A stretch of 64,000 nucleotides of DNA from Phyllosticta citribraziliensis (Eukaryota): positions 496,001 to 560,000 of the forward strand of contig NW_027117348.1 in NCBI RefSeq assembly GCF_038025025.1. Reading direction: 5' to 3'. Position 1 is the stretch's first letter. Each line of letters opens with the position of its first letter. A program made the translations under genes and the position numbers. Positions 40,210 to 52,900 of the stretch are shown here, one piece after another. The notes under the pieces are model-generated. The model worked only from the letters and a program-made list of their open reading frames with translations, was not told the origin of the DNA and made no database searches.

Positions 40210-43200
40210 ATGGCCAACCCCGACGCAGACGATCCTCCAGACCTCGACCTCGACCTCCCTCCCCGCGACCCCGTTCCGGACCTGCTCCGACCTGACATGG
40301 CGACTACAACCACCACAGACCGACTACACAAGCTAGACATCTCAAGCGACGACCCTTCTGCCTTGCGCATTCTATCCCGCTCTCCACAACCATACCACCG
40401 CCGACAGAGCCAACGCCGTCAGCGCCCTCGCCTCGACACCACCGCTACAGCCCCCGTCCAACACTCGCACCTCTCGTCAACCTCTGCCTCTGCCTCGGCT
40501 TCGGCCTCCTCTCCCGACGACTATGACCATCTTGCCGCCAGAAGCCCAGCGTCGGCGGGCTTCTCCGGCCGCACCCCGCTGTCGCGCTCCCCGCACTCGT
40601 CCGAGTCGCAGTCGCAATCCGGCTCCGAAGCCGATGACGAGGCCTACAGCTTCGTCAAGCCGTTGCCGGCCCCGCCGTATCGGCCACACAAGGGATTGAT
40701 GGCCGACGGCGCGACGGCCGATGGAGAGAGTGCGGTTGTGAGACGAAGGACGTGGGGTGCTGGCATGGGTCTGGGTGTCGACTCGCCCGCTGACATGGGC
40801 GAGGATTCGGCGCTGTTGACTCCGAGCGTGCTAGAGGACGAGGGGAGGCGGTTGGCCGAACGATTGAAGAGGGCCAGGGCAAGAATGAAAAAAGAGGGCG
40901 ACGGCGAGGTAGAGGTTGAAGAGGACGACGGGGTGAGGAAGGAGAGGGAAAGATGGCTGAGGAGACGGAGAGCCGAACTGTTGAGGCGCGGATGTGAGGT
41001 TGCGCTTTTGGGAGTCATTGGCGCAATTGTGTTTGCCGGGGGAGCAAAAAAGAGAGCAATGGATTTGTGGGCCAGAGGTATGGTTTCTACATCCCTAACC
41101 AGGAAGAATGCTCATGTTGTATTAGCAGAGCTGTGCACCTTTGTCGTCGTCTACGCATTTCTTTTGCTGCTATATCCTCTACGCCTGCTACTCTCCCCGA
41201 AAGACAAGAGTATCCCGCTCAAGAACCGCGTACGCGTGCCGGCCGCTTTTGATCCTGCGCCCCTCCTATACCCGGCTGCAATTCCAATCTTTGTTTCGCT
41301 GTCATTATATCCGCAGATGGAGCATGTGCTGCTTCCCAACATCGTCTTGGGTCTGGCAGCACTTCCGGCGCGCCTATTTCCTTCAGTTGGCCGCGGGGCT
41401 GGCTACAGCGTAGAACATTGGTTCTTTTCAATACTTCCTCTCATCGTATCCGAACACACGGACATGACTTCAAAACTCGCACCCGCAAGGCCATACCTGC
41501 TCAAAGCACCCCAAAATCGCGTCGACCCGGAAATAATCGCATTGCTTTACCCTCTGCATCAGGCTCTTTTGCCGCCGCTGTACTACCTCACCACCACTTC
41601 TCTCTTACCGTCGGAGCTGCAACTTCTCTCCGTCTCGCTCATCAATCTTCTTCTCTTCTCGGAGAGCCCGCAGATGAAGATTCTGAGCTCCATTCTCTGG
41701 ATCGGAGGCTTGCTCCTCTTCATTCTGTGCGGTCCTGTGTTTCGCTGGGGCGTTGCTCTCGCGCGAATCCCCAAGTGGCGCTTTAGACGTCCGGGTCGTG
41801 TCAAGACGCAGCCGGTGTCATTGCTGGCAACTCTCAAGGAAAGCCTGAGACCAGCATCGCAGTCGCGAACGAGATATGCGGATGACAGCGACGCCGACGA
41901 GGATCACCTTCCAGGCTACCATTCCGACGACGATAGACGTGCGTCGATTGTGTCGGCATCAAGTGCTGTCCAGGTCCTCAGCGGCGCCTTTACAACCGCA
42001 TCCGAGACGTTTAGAGGAGCCATTTCCTCGCGCTCTGGGATTGCCAACGGCACGCCATCGAGCTACAAGCCGCGGCGGCGCAACACCATTCAGACCCTCG
42101 CCTCGGAGAGCACAGTCACGACTTCGATATCGACCGCCCGAGAAGGCCGACGCCGTAGTTCGCGCTCGTACGCCTCGTCATTTCTCTCCTTGACCTCTAC
42201 ACAAGCCGTGCTTCGCAAATGGCTCTACGCACTCTACGTCTACGCGACCATTGCCCTCATCGTGCTCATCCCCCTGCGTGTTTACATTGGCACATTCGCC
42301 CTCAACGGCCACGATCCTTTCGGCTGGGCCATCGGCTACCTCTTTGGCAACCAGCGCCGCATACGCTTCCAACTCTTCTCGCTCGGGCTTGAAGCATGGG
42401 CCGCTCTACCACCCCTCTCCGACCCTCTTGATCCCTCGCATCTCCCGCCCGCCGAATTCGCCCGCCTCATCGCTCTCGGAGGCCCTGCAAATACGCGCCT
42501 CGCGCTCGCCGTATACGATGTCTCCGTCCTCTGCGCAGGTCTCGTCACAGTCCTGCTGCTCCTCCCCTCCACCGTCGCCGTCGACACGCGCCGCAAAATC
42601 TTCCACGCCACCATGGTCGCCATGCTGCTGCCTACCGTGTACGTGGACCCGCATTTCGCAGCGCTCGCGACGGCGCTCGTCCTGGTCGTTTTCCTGCTCC
42701 TGGATTTGCTGCGCGCCAGCACGCTGCCCCCGCTTGCCAAATGGTTGGGCAGGTTTCTCGCACCGTTTGTCGACGGCCGCGACTTGAGAGGCCCGGTGGT
42801 CGTGAGCCATGTATTCCTGCTGATAGGCTGCGGCGTCCCGCTTTGGCTCGGCGCGTCGCTTCTGCCCACATCCTCCTCGTCGTCCGCGTCCCTCGACAAC
42901 CACCCCTGGACCGGCTGGGACATCTCCCCCTCTTCGCCGTGGGCCGCCAAAGCCGACCCCTCTCTCGTCGCGGGCGTCGTCTGCGTCGGCATGGGCGACG
43001 CCGCCGCCTCGCTCGTCGGCCGCCGCTTCGGCCGGCGCAAGTGGCCGTGGCTCGGCGGCAAGAGCGTCGAGGGCAGCGCAGCGTTTGCGGCCGCCGTGGC
43101 GCTGGGCCTGGGGTTCGCGAGGGCGTGGGCGTCGTGGGGGTGGGGCAGAGCCGCCGCGCAGGGCGGCGTCGCGGGCATGGGCAAGGTGCTGCTGGCGGGC

Positions 43201-43299
43201 GCCGTGGCCAGCGCCATGGAGGCCGTGCTGACGGGCGGTAATGACAATGTTGTCGTGCCTGTTGTTCTGTGGGTTGTCGTTCGTGGGCTGGGCCTTTAG
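40210..43299 (+). CDS. SEC59: Dolichol kinase
   Basis: DTRRKIFH, FVDGRDLRGPVVVSHVFLLIGC, GMGDAAASLVGRRFG, KSVEGS, NDNVVVP; probable in-frame intron near 41078-41128. Confidence 0.9.
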   Translation: MANPDADDPPDLDLDLPPRDPVPDLLRPDMATTTTTDRLHKLDISSDDPSALRILSRSPQPYHRRQSQRRQRPRLDTTATAPVQHSHLSSTSASASASASSPDDYDHLAARSPASAGFSGRTPLSRSPHSSESQSQSGSEADDEAYSFVKPLPAPPYRPHKGLMADGATADGESAVVRRRTWGAGMGLGVDSPADMGEDSALLTPSVLEDEGRRLAERLKRARARMKKEGDGEVEVEEDDGVRKERERWLRRRRAELLRRGCEVALLGVIGAIVFAGGAKKRAMDLWARGMVSTSLTRKNAHVVLAELCTFVVVYAFLLLLYPLRLLLSPKDKSIPLKNRVRVPAAFDPAPLLYPAAIPIFVSLSLYPQMEHVLLPNIVLGLAALPARLFPSVGRGAGYSVEHWFFSILPLIVSEHTDMTSKLAPARPYLLKAPQNRVDPEIIALLYPLHQALLPPLYYLTTTSLLPSELQLLSVSLINLLLFSESPQMKILSSILWIGGLLLFILCGPVFRWGVALARIPKWRFRRPGRVKTQPVSLLATLKESLRPASQSRTRYADDSDADEDHLPGYHSDDDRRASIVSASSAVQVLSGAFTTASETFRGAISSRSGIANGTPSSYKPRRRNTIQTLASESTVTTSISTAREGRRRSSRSYASSFLSLTSTQAVLRKWLYALYVYATIALIVLIPLRVYIGTFALNGHDPFGWAIGYLFGNQRRIRFQLFSLGLEAWAALPPLSDPLDPSHLPPAEFARLIALGGPANTRLALAVYDVSVLCAGLVTVLLLLPSTVAVDTRRKIFHATMVAMLLPTVYVDPHFAALATALVLVVFLLLDLLRASTLPPLAKWLGRFLAPFVDGRDLRGPVVVSHVFLLIGCGVPLWLGASLLPTSSSSSASLDNHPWTGWDISPSSPWAAKADPSLVAGVVCVGMGDAAASLVGRRFGRRKWPWLGGKSVEGSAAFAAAVALGLGFARAWASWGWGRAAAQGGVAGMGKVLLAGAVASAMEAVLTGGNDNVVVPVVLWVVVRGLGL

Positions 43300-44104
43300 C
43301 CCTCCCTCTCTCCCTTTTTCCCTCCCTCTTCTTTCGCTTCTCTTGCTTCTCTTTCTCATTTCTTGAGCATTTGCGTGCGTGCGTGCGTTTGCATAGATGG
43401 CTGGTTCGCTTTGCTTTGCTGGGGGTCACTTCATCGTGTGCGGTAGGGCGGCGTTCATTTCCTCTGCTTCTTCTCACTATTTCTTGCTCTCGTGGAATCG
43501 TGGTATCATGGCGGCGCTGGCATGCATGGGAGCGTAATGTGCATGGCAGCGGTCGGGATCATCTGGCTGGTGGGCGTTTTTGCTTAGGCGCGCGTGTATG
43601 CATGCTTGCTTGCTTGCTTGCTTGCATTATTTTTCTAGCTAATCATTATAGCCATCATCAACATTGCTGGTTGTCACACTCAAACGAAAAAGTACGACGG
43701 TTTTGGTGTTCTCTGCAGCTTCGTCATGTTCTATTTGACCCAACACTTATTTCTCCATGAGTCTCGCCACCGCGGATCTTCGAGGGTTTGCTCGACGCGC
43801 CGTCCTCGGTCTGAAAGCAGCCTGGGTTGCCCTCGAGGCGAGCCAACAACTTCGCGTCCAACCCAACGACTAGTAAGCGCCACACGTCGCCGAAACAGGC
43901 GGCGAAGTCTGTCGAGACTTGAGATGATTGTTGTGTTGGTGACTCAGCCAACAGGCGTTTGGCAACACCGTCGTGAGAGAGCGTTGGTTTGCTTGGGCCA
44001 CTCCGCCGCGCAGTGTTCTTCTCAACAGCTCTACTCCAGGCAAATCAGCTGTGCTCTCATTTTCTCAGTCTCTTCAAATTTCTTGCCTTCATATCCGCAC
44101 GACC

Positions 44105-46354
44105 ATGGAAGACGAGTCCGCCAAGAACGTCGATACTGATCTGGCTGCCGATACAAATGATGGAGTCATCAAGCTTCCCGGCATCTTTCGACTACCGCGA
44201 GAGCTCCGAGACATCATCTATGGCTACATCATCGATCTCGACCTCAGTCGAGGATTCTGGGGAGATTATGACGGACTGTCTCTAAGCCTCGAGGACTTGG
44301 ACGGAGGGGAGAGCAGGCTGGAAATGAAAGACATTCACAAGGCACTTTCGGTCGTGTATACCTGCAGACAGCTCCAAGAGGAAGTTCAGCATCTCCTATT
44401 CGATCGCTGCAAGGTCGACATATGTTTCAAAAGGAACAGTTCCAGGCCTGTTAGTTTTCTGTGGCCTCTATCGCTATGGAGCACTCCAGCGTGCTAACGG
44501 CAATAGATAAAAGACTTCCATCCTTTTCCATTTAACCTACTCCACCTGTGTCGCGACTTACGAGTTACGATAACAGTACGTCATCAACGGATGCCCGGCC
44601 AATTCCGCGGTGCCCGAAACAAACCCATTGAGGAGCCGTTTTCCATCGTACATGACGGGACCTCCCACCGAAAGGCAACGCTCGTGCGGTCAGCGTTTAG
44701 AAGTCAAGCTACCCCAGACGCCGACCGGGTGGAAGACGGCGCTCAAGATGCTCAAACTCCACGGCTTTGGTCAGCCGTCGTTGCACCCTCTCGCCCTCCG
44801 CCTTCGACTCGTCAAGTCCGGGACTACGACCTCCAAGAGCTGTATCCCCACAGGCTTTGGTCGGATTCGTTCCCACCTTTCGAAAACACCCCATGCGACT
44901 GGCGCTGCGTCCAACTGTTCCGAAACCTGTCCGAGCGTCATCGCTTGAGGCGGCTGGAGGTCGAATTCGTCGGTCTGGGCCACGCGAGAGAAGTCGCCAG
45001 GTTCGTGCACTGGGATCTGAGGATGGGGCCCAAATACCGGCTTCCCCTGCTCACGAGGTCTGATTATGGCGCCCATCCGTACATCGAACTCATTTCCGGA
45101 CTCCGAAAGGTTCCTCGAGTGCAGTTTCTCTACGAGATACCCTACGATGATGATCAAGGGACCTGCGACTACGATTGCCTCCTAATGGAAAACTACTTGA
45201 GGCGCCAAGTCGAAGACACGGACGAGGCGCGTTCGTTGGTCGACTTTGCCGCACAGGGCGAGGGCGACTTCGATGACATTTATCCAGCCTTGCCCCAGTC
45301 AACAGCGACGGGAGTGGAGCCGATCAGATTCGAGTCCGTCACCCCGCTCGACTTGAGGAGCGACGAATTGTTGCTGTTCAAGTGCCCGAATCGCCGGTTT
45401 CGCCTGTTCGACGACCACAACATCTTGATCCCGCCGCCCTTGCGGGAGAATACCTACGATGCTCCTGACGTGCTCCCGTGGATCATGCGCGGCCGAGGGT
45501 ATGACGCTGGAGACACGGACGTCTCGGAGGATTCCGACGCCTCTAGCAGTGGGCTTGGCGGCGATGATGATCTGGGAGACTCTGAAGAAGGCTCTGAACA
45601 TCCTGCGCACTCCGATGGCTGGGAGCCTCCTGAACCTGAGATCCCCGAGGGTTCTGGTGGCGATGCGCTGGGAGGACTTGGCTCAGAAGGTCACGTTGAG
45701 GTCTTGGAAGGACATGATGATCAAGATACTGCCCAAGCGCCGGGGGAGTCCGGCGACGAGGAAAGCTCCGGAATCTTGCAGGTGTTTGATTCGCCGGACG
45801 AAGAAGACGCTCCACACGGCAGTCCCTTCTCGCTGGGACTCTTTCCTGTCGAATGGTTTGACTCGCCAGACGAAGAAGACGTTCAATACAGTAGTCCTCC
45901 GTCGCTGGAACTCTTTCCCATTGAGTGGTTTGACTCGCCGGACGACGAAGTCATTCCGCACGTCAGTCCTTTCTCGCTCGAATTCTTTCCTGCCGAATGG
46001 CTTGACTCGCCTGACGAAGAAGACGCTCAACACGGCAGTCCTCCCTCGCTGGAACTCTTTCCTGTCGAATGTTTTGACTCGCCTGACCTGCCAGAGATGT
46101 ACGACTCGGATTCATCGAGCGACCAGGAGAGCGACTATGAGGAATACATCCCCAGATACTGCCTTGAGATGGGACGCCGGAGAGCGGGATACTCCTGGGT
46201 GTTCGACGACTTGGACGATCCCGAGGGTGGAGAGGGACCTTTAGAATCGGCTGCGCTGATGGAGCCTGCAAAGCCTGAAACCGAGTCCCTTCTTGCGGAA
46301 ATCGGTGTCTCCCCAGAATGGCTTCAAACCAGTTTGCTCCCCGTAGCTCTCTAG
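44105..46354 (+). CDS. F-box-like array gene A, with acidic repeat tail
   Basis: FRLPRELRDIIYGYI...TCRQLQEE; phase-0 intron 44450-44506 joins the two ORFs in frame. Confidence 0.8.
45785..46090 (+). repeat. Coding 72-bp (24-aa) tandem repeat x~4.3 in gene A
   Basis: FDSPDEEDAPHGSPFSLGLFPVEW-type unit, copies starting at 45785, 45857, 45929, 46001, 46073. Confidence 0.95.
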
Positions 46355-46829
46355 CCCTCGAGTAGGTCGGCAATGGGAAGCGTTTCGGCGACTTTTGGAG
46401 CAGACATTTCCGGGATTTTCTGTTTTTCCAAGACTTTGAAGGATTTTCATTCCTTGTATGCTCGTTTTTGACTCCTGATGAAACCAAGAGGTAATTACAC
46501 GCGTTTGATGCATTTTCCCGATGGTGGTGTCTCGTCAGGGGTAAGGGGTAAGCAGCAAAGGTCGTCGGAACCGCTGCAAAATACCTCAGCACTCTTGAAA
46601 AGGCTCTTTTAGTTGGTTGGTGGATCCTCTGTGTTGGATGAGAAGCTTTGTTGCTGGATTGTTCCAAATTTAGTCCGGTGTTGGCTAAGCCAACACCAAC
46701 AGGCTTTTGGCAACCCATCGCGGGAGAGCGCCTCGCGTTTCCGCGTTCGAGAATGTGTTTTATTGTAGCGCCGGTACCTTACAGACATCCTTCATCTGCT
46801 CTCTCTGTCCAAGGCTTTCTCGCTCTCGA

Positions 46830-48206
46830 ATGCTCCCAGTCTCCAACACGCCGATAAACGACACTTGCACTCAGGCAGATGGAGCCCCTGAGCCAGTCAA
46901 CACGCCCGACAAAGTTCCTCTCTTTGGTCTTCCACGCGAGCTCCGGGATGCGATCTGCCATTACTTGCTCCCTGCCGATGAAGTGGTCTTTGCAAAGTAC
47001 AAAGGTCTAACAGTCAGGATGTGGCTTCTTCACGAAGAACCGCTATATGACAGAAGATATCACAGAAAATTCGATTTTTCAATCGTCGTCACTTGCAGGC
47101 AGCTGCGCGCAGAAGTACAAGATCATATCTTCAGAAACTTCTTAGTCGAATTGGACTTTGGATGCGAGCCTGTCAGGCGCGTAAGTGCAGCATGTTCTGT
47201 AGCATCACTTATCGGGGGAAGATGTTTCGGAGGCTAAAGAATTCAACAGAGGGGCCCAACATGTCCACTCGACTTTCGTTTATCTCGTCGACTGGAAGTA
47301 TCTCTCCCGATATATCGTGAGCAAAAGTACGAGTTTCTCGGGGCTGTGCGAAAGCCATCAGTAGAGCCATACTCCATGAAACATGACTGGCTTTCCCCGG
47401 AAGAGGCAACACTTAGACGCTCGGAATTCTTCAGTCTGGGGGCAGCAGGCTCTGGCCGAGCCCAAAAGCGCGACATCCAACATGGACAGCCTAAAGACCT
47501 TTGGTCGAGAGTGGTCTCGCCCTCTCAGGACTCTTCGGACGCAATCAAGGTGCGAGGATATGATTTGCAAGAGCACAATGCAAGGTACATCTGGACGGCG
47601 TCCGGCTATATCCGCCACCCTTCCGTGCCCCTATACAAAGACCCTCGCCACCAGCCTTCGTTCGCAATGTTCAAGAGGATGGCCACAGATGGTCATTACC
47701 TGCAGTATCTAAAGGTCAATTTCGAGGCGATGGAATGTGGTCAGCACTGTCTGGGGAGGTCCTGGTTCCGGTGTGAAGATTTTCAGATTACCAGATCCGA
47801 CTACGGCACCTCCCCATACCTCCGTCTTCTTTCACGGCTTGGTCGCACTGTTCCGAAGGTGCGCATCGATTTGTGGGTGGGCAGGCTGGACGACTACCAA
47901 AAGTCGCGAAGATTCGATCAAACGCTGATGAAAAACTGGCTGCGGCGCCGGATTGAGGATTCGGATGAAGCGAGAGCGTTGCAAGATTTCCCGGGGTGCG
48001 ACAGAATGTCGTACGACGAATGCTTCCCAAGGCTCTCCGATGCGGCTGCCGAGCAAGAGGAGCCTCTCCTGGAAGCTTCTGCACTTGTGTTGCCGCTTTG
48101 TTTTGAAGACATGGGCTTGACGATTGAGGAATTCCATGACCCACGGTTGCGTCTTGTCGATGACTCCAACATACTTTGCCCATTTGAGCGTTTGTCACGG
48201 GAGTGA
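46830..48206 (+). CDS. F-box-like array gene B
   Basis: FGLPRELRDAICHYL...TCRQLRAE; intron ~47181-47249; shares TRSDYGxxPY, LMxNxLRRxxEDxDEARxLxDF and RLxDDxNIL with gene A. Confidence 0.8.
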
Positions 48207-49677
48207 TTGCTGTGCTGTGGTGACGCTGAGAGTTCCTATGAAGGTGTTGGCAACAGTGGACTTTTTTGAGAGCCAGGACTCTTTTTCGAATTTGATTTCG
48301 GCGGAGATGAAATTAAACCTCATGAAGCGGCTTCAGGAGCATTCGCATGTTGGTGTCTCCAGGAATTTGCCGTTGGAAAAACCTCAAGAGCGCGCTCTGG
48401 GAGAATTCGTGCGATTGACGTTTTCATGACTTTGCCGTTTGGCTGCGGGAAGCGTCTTGATGGTTGGACATCCCAGACACGGCTCTGCCAAACGCAAATG
48501 AGTAAAGCAACTCATCACTGGCATATATAAGTGCGAGGAATGGCCAGTTCCAAAGGGATTCCGCACAGAATCCAAGCTGAGGTGAAGTGAAGTGAAACCA
48601 GCCCTGTCTTGACCGCCTTACCAACAACAGATCATGGCGCCAGCTTTGACGTATAGCCTTATAATGCTGCGGCATGTGAATCGATGGGAACTCCCTTTGG
48701 GCGGCCTCATCACGTGCACGCGCACCCACCTACCGGCACCATACCGTGCGGCACTTGCTCGAGTCTGCCTCTATATTATCCTCCCACCCTCTCCACACCA
48801 TCCTTCCACCTCACACCTCTCGAGTTCGACCTCAACAACGAGCCAACCTGGGGCTTCCACCTACATCGACCTTGCCTTCAGCCACTGACCTCACCGTCCT
48901 CCCTGTCGCGCTCGGACCGAACAAGATCACGGTCGACATCTCTCACTGTCGCTCAGTGAGCGGTCAAATGAGCTCTTGCGCCATGACGACCGACGCTGGT
49001 GCTGGTGGTGACAAGTAAGTGTACTGAACGGCTGGACGCTCCGATGCTCACGCTAATATCCTCACTCAACCCGTAGCGCAATGTCTGCACCTGATCCATC
49101 CGGGCTCCAGCTCCCCATCCAGGCCGCAATCTTCCTCAGGGCACCCCGAGAAGTCCGCGACATGATCTACGACCATGTCATCGACGATGAGTACACCGCA
49201 TGTGGATATTGGAGTCTTCCAGATGGCAGGATGCGGGAGTGCGACATTTCGTATCTAGGTTTGCACCATGAAGAATATCAGCCGAGACCAGGACCCACGG
49301 AACGCTTGCCAGCACTGGCCACAACATGCACGCAGATTCGCGTTGAACTTCTCGAGACCTTGTATCGGACCACTCGTTTCAGCCTGGAGGCATCAATGGA
49401 CCATTGCTTTGATGTGAGCTTTTCCTCACTTGGACCAACGAATAGAGACTGACTGAACATTAGGACACCTGTACTCAGCTTGAATTGCGAGTTGGTAGAC
49501 CTTTCATCGACATTGGTCAAGTCTGCCATCTTGACATGGAATTGGGTGTCTGCGGAGTTGCATCTCTTCGCCACATCGCCCAAGCCAAGCCTTTCTTGAA
49601 GGACCCCTTCTCTATTCGATACAGGCAACCCCACGGGAAACTTTCGGACGCCGCTTTGATTCGATCTGATGACAGCC

Positions 49678-49944
49678 TGTTGGTGGTCCTATGTAACAAT
49701 ACTAAGCAGTCTCCCGTCGCGTCGTCTCAGCTATAGTTTGCCTAGATAACTGTAGCTTATCTGGATAATGACTTACTACTTTAGTTAAGATGTACTTATC
49801 TGTTAGCTTTGCGCGTCTTAATAAGTTTAGGACTTATTAGTAGTTAGTACTAGCTACTGCTCCTCCTGGTAGTTTTAGTAGTATATAGATAGCTCTTAGA
49901 GTAGCCTTAAATGGAGTCTTTAGTTCTCTTATCTTACTTTATTA
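49678..49944 (+). repeat. 5' LTR
   Basis: TGTTGGTGGTCC...CTTTATTA; collinear with the 3' LTR. Confidence 0.93.
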
Positions 49945-52900
49945 GGTTATAAGCCCTTATATTATATATATAAATTACTTATCTAGCTTATTTTGGTATT
50001 GTACTGTAACACCATCTATATAATTATTACTAATAGTTATTTTATTATTTTGTTATTTTATCCCTTATTATCTTATATAATTCCTACTCTTTAGTAAATT
50101 TATTAGTATTATCTATCTCTATAACTCTAAGTAATATACTAATAGTTATTACCTTTACTATAACTTTACCTTCCCTTCCTCCCTTATTATCTAGTAGTTT
50201 AGGCTTTACTGCTGCCTTATCTTCTATACTAGCTAAGTAGGCTAAGGCTAAAGAAGAGGTAGACCTAACTATAAATAATAGTAAGTTTAGTATCCCTTTA
50301 AAGAATATCTAGCTACTTAAAGGCCCTGCTAACTAGGTAACCTTTAAGATAATAGTTAAGATGAGGCTTAGTCTATTCTATTATGCCTATCTACTTAAGG
50401 ATGAGCTAAAAAATGCTACTAATTATAAGAAGGATGCGTATATTATCTGCTAGTTTATAATAATTATTATGCTTCCTATTATAATAGCACTATAGGGGTA
50501 TACTAGTTTAGCTTACTCTATATAGTAGAAGCTTTATAATATATATAATACTAAGGGTATCCTCTTTAAGGCTAATATTATTAAGGACTTCATCTTCTAT
50601 TAATATAGTAATTTTATAATAGTAAAGGAATTCTATAATACCCTATATAAATAAAGGTAAGCCTGTATTAGCTATATCTAATAGTAAGTTAAGGACTAGA
50701 TTCTCTATGTTCTACTTCTAGAAAACTTATAGGATAATATTCCTATCTAGTATATAACTTAGTATATAAATTAGTATAATAAGAAGGAGATGCCTAAGTT
50801 TAAGGATCTCTTCTATACTATAACTAATAAGATTAAATATACTAGTAAGAATAGTACTATAGCTCTTACTATTTATACTAGTTAGTAGTCTACTAAGTAG
50901 TCTAAGTCTAACCATGCCACCTATAATTACTATAGAAAGAAGGGGTATATTAAGGCTAAGTATAGCTATCTTTACCTTAAATACCGTCCCACCTATTAGA
51001 AGCCAGTATTAGGGGTATTCTATATACTAGATAATTAAGTCTCTAAACTACTAATAGTAGTAATAGTAATAATAATATTAATAACTAACCCTCTAGTATA
51101 AGGCGCGAACTACTTTACCACCCTATACCTATATCTAGCTTTAATAAAGGATGAATAGATTATTAACACTAGGGCTAATACCTACTATATACTAAATTTA
51201 ACTAAGCTAATAAACTACTTATAGTTCGCGCAGCTAGTCTAGGTATATAGTTTAGGTATAGTAATAGCTATTAGCTATAGTAACGCCGTACTCTACTATC
51301 CTATAAATAGTATAGTTAACACTCTTATAATAGAGGGTATTCTATATATTCTAGTACTAATAGTTAGTCTTATCTTAGCTTTAAAACTTAAGTAGAAGGG
51401 ACTATACCTAGATCAGCTTACCTCTATATTATAAATATAAAACTATAGAATGGCTATTATAGCTTACCCTAATAGTTTAGGGGTAAATATTCTAATAGTT
51501 ATTAATAATAATTATATAGTATAAGTATTTACTATAGCAACTCCTCCTGTAGTGATATATAAGATATGGCACTAGTAATTAGGGTATATCTATACTAGTA
51601 CACTTAATAAGCTCTAGTACTAGGGATAACTTATTATTACTAGTAACTAAGACTTCTATTATAAATCCTACTATATAGCTAAGTCCTACTAGATGGTATT
51701 ATATAAACTAATACCTTAAGTAGACGCACCCTTTAGATACATCTATATTAATATATTTAGACTACTTATAGTTAGCTATAATAGCTGCTATTAGGGGGTG
51801 GTATTTATAGATAACTACTTATATCTATAATACTTATTAGTTATAAAGACTAAGGGCGACACCTTTAATAGCATTTAAAACTTTAGTAAATAGACTAAAA
51901 CCTAGTTCTAATATAAGATCTAAGCTCTCTAAATAGATAATAGTATAGAGTTTAGCGGCTAAAAGCTGCTAGTATAGGTAAAGATAGAGGGTATTAAGGT
52001 TAAAAAGATGGCACTATACTTATCTAAGTAAAATAGTATTAGTAAGTCATCTATATACCTTATTACTAGTATGGCCCGCTCTATAAGTATCGCGTTAAAT
52101 ACACCTTAATTATTATAGATAGAAGCCTATTAATATATAGTATATCTTCTTAACTATCTTCCTACTTGCGCACTTAATAGCAAGATACTAGTTAATATTT
52201 TTAATAATGCTATTAGTAGGTATAAGGATATCTAGTTACTAGTACCAGTCTTTAGTATTACTATATATGCTTATATCCTGGCTGAGAAGCGTCTTAAGAG
52301 CGCTAAATTTAATATAAGAGTAGAGAAAGGATAGTTTATTAGCTATAACTATAAGTATATCTTCTAGGTATATCTCCCTTAAATAAACTAGGTTATTTAT
52401 ACTTAGGATGTATATTTTAGACCTCCTTAGTAGCTAGACTTAATAGCTACTATAAATAATATAGAAGATAGAAAAGTTAAGAATAGTAATAATAAGATGC
52501 TTATTATATATCTTATATTAAAAATAGTTTAAGATGCTCTTAAAGGTAATACTAAAGTAATCTATAATGTAGTAGAATAAGCAATTAAAGTGGTAGAGAG
52601 GTCTAATATGGGTAGTATAGATATTAGTAGTAGAGGTAAGGAGGACGCGTTTATAGATATTATACTATTAGTAGATAAAATAGATTAGATTAATATCTCT
52701 CTAGCTAATAAACACACTAGATCTAATAATTTAGTACTTACTAACCTAACTTTAACCCTACTACCGCCCTTACTATCTCTATTACCTACACCTACTCTAC
52801 TACTAATAGCACCATCATGATACCCTTAGTAGATTCGCACTAAGATACAATTCTTTAATAAGAAATACAGTTTAGATAATACTCAACCTCCTTAACTATC

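Noticed and set aside
43604..43626. (GCTT)n microsatellite; also poly-A near 575-592
   Set aside because: Ordinary simple repeats.
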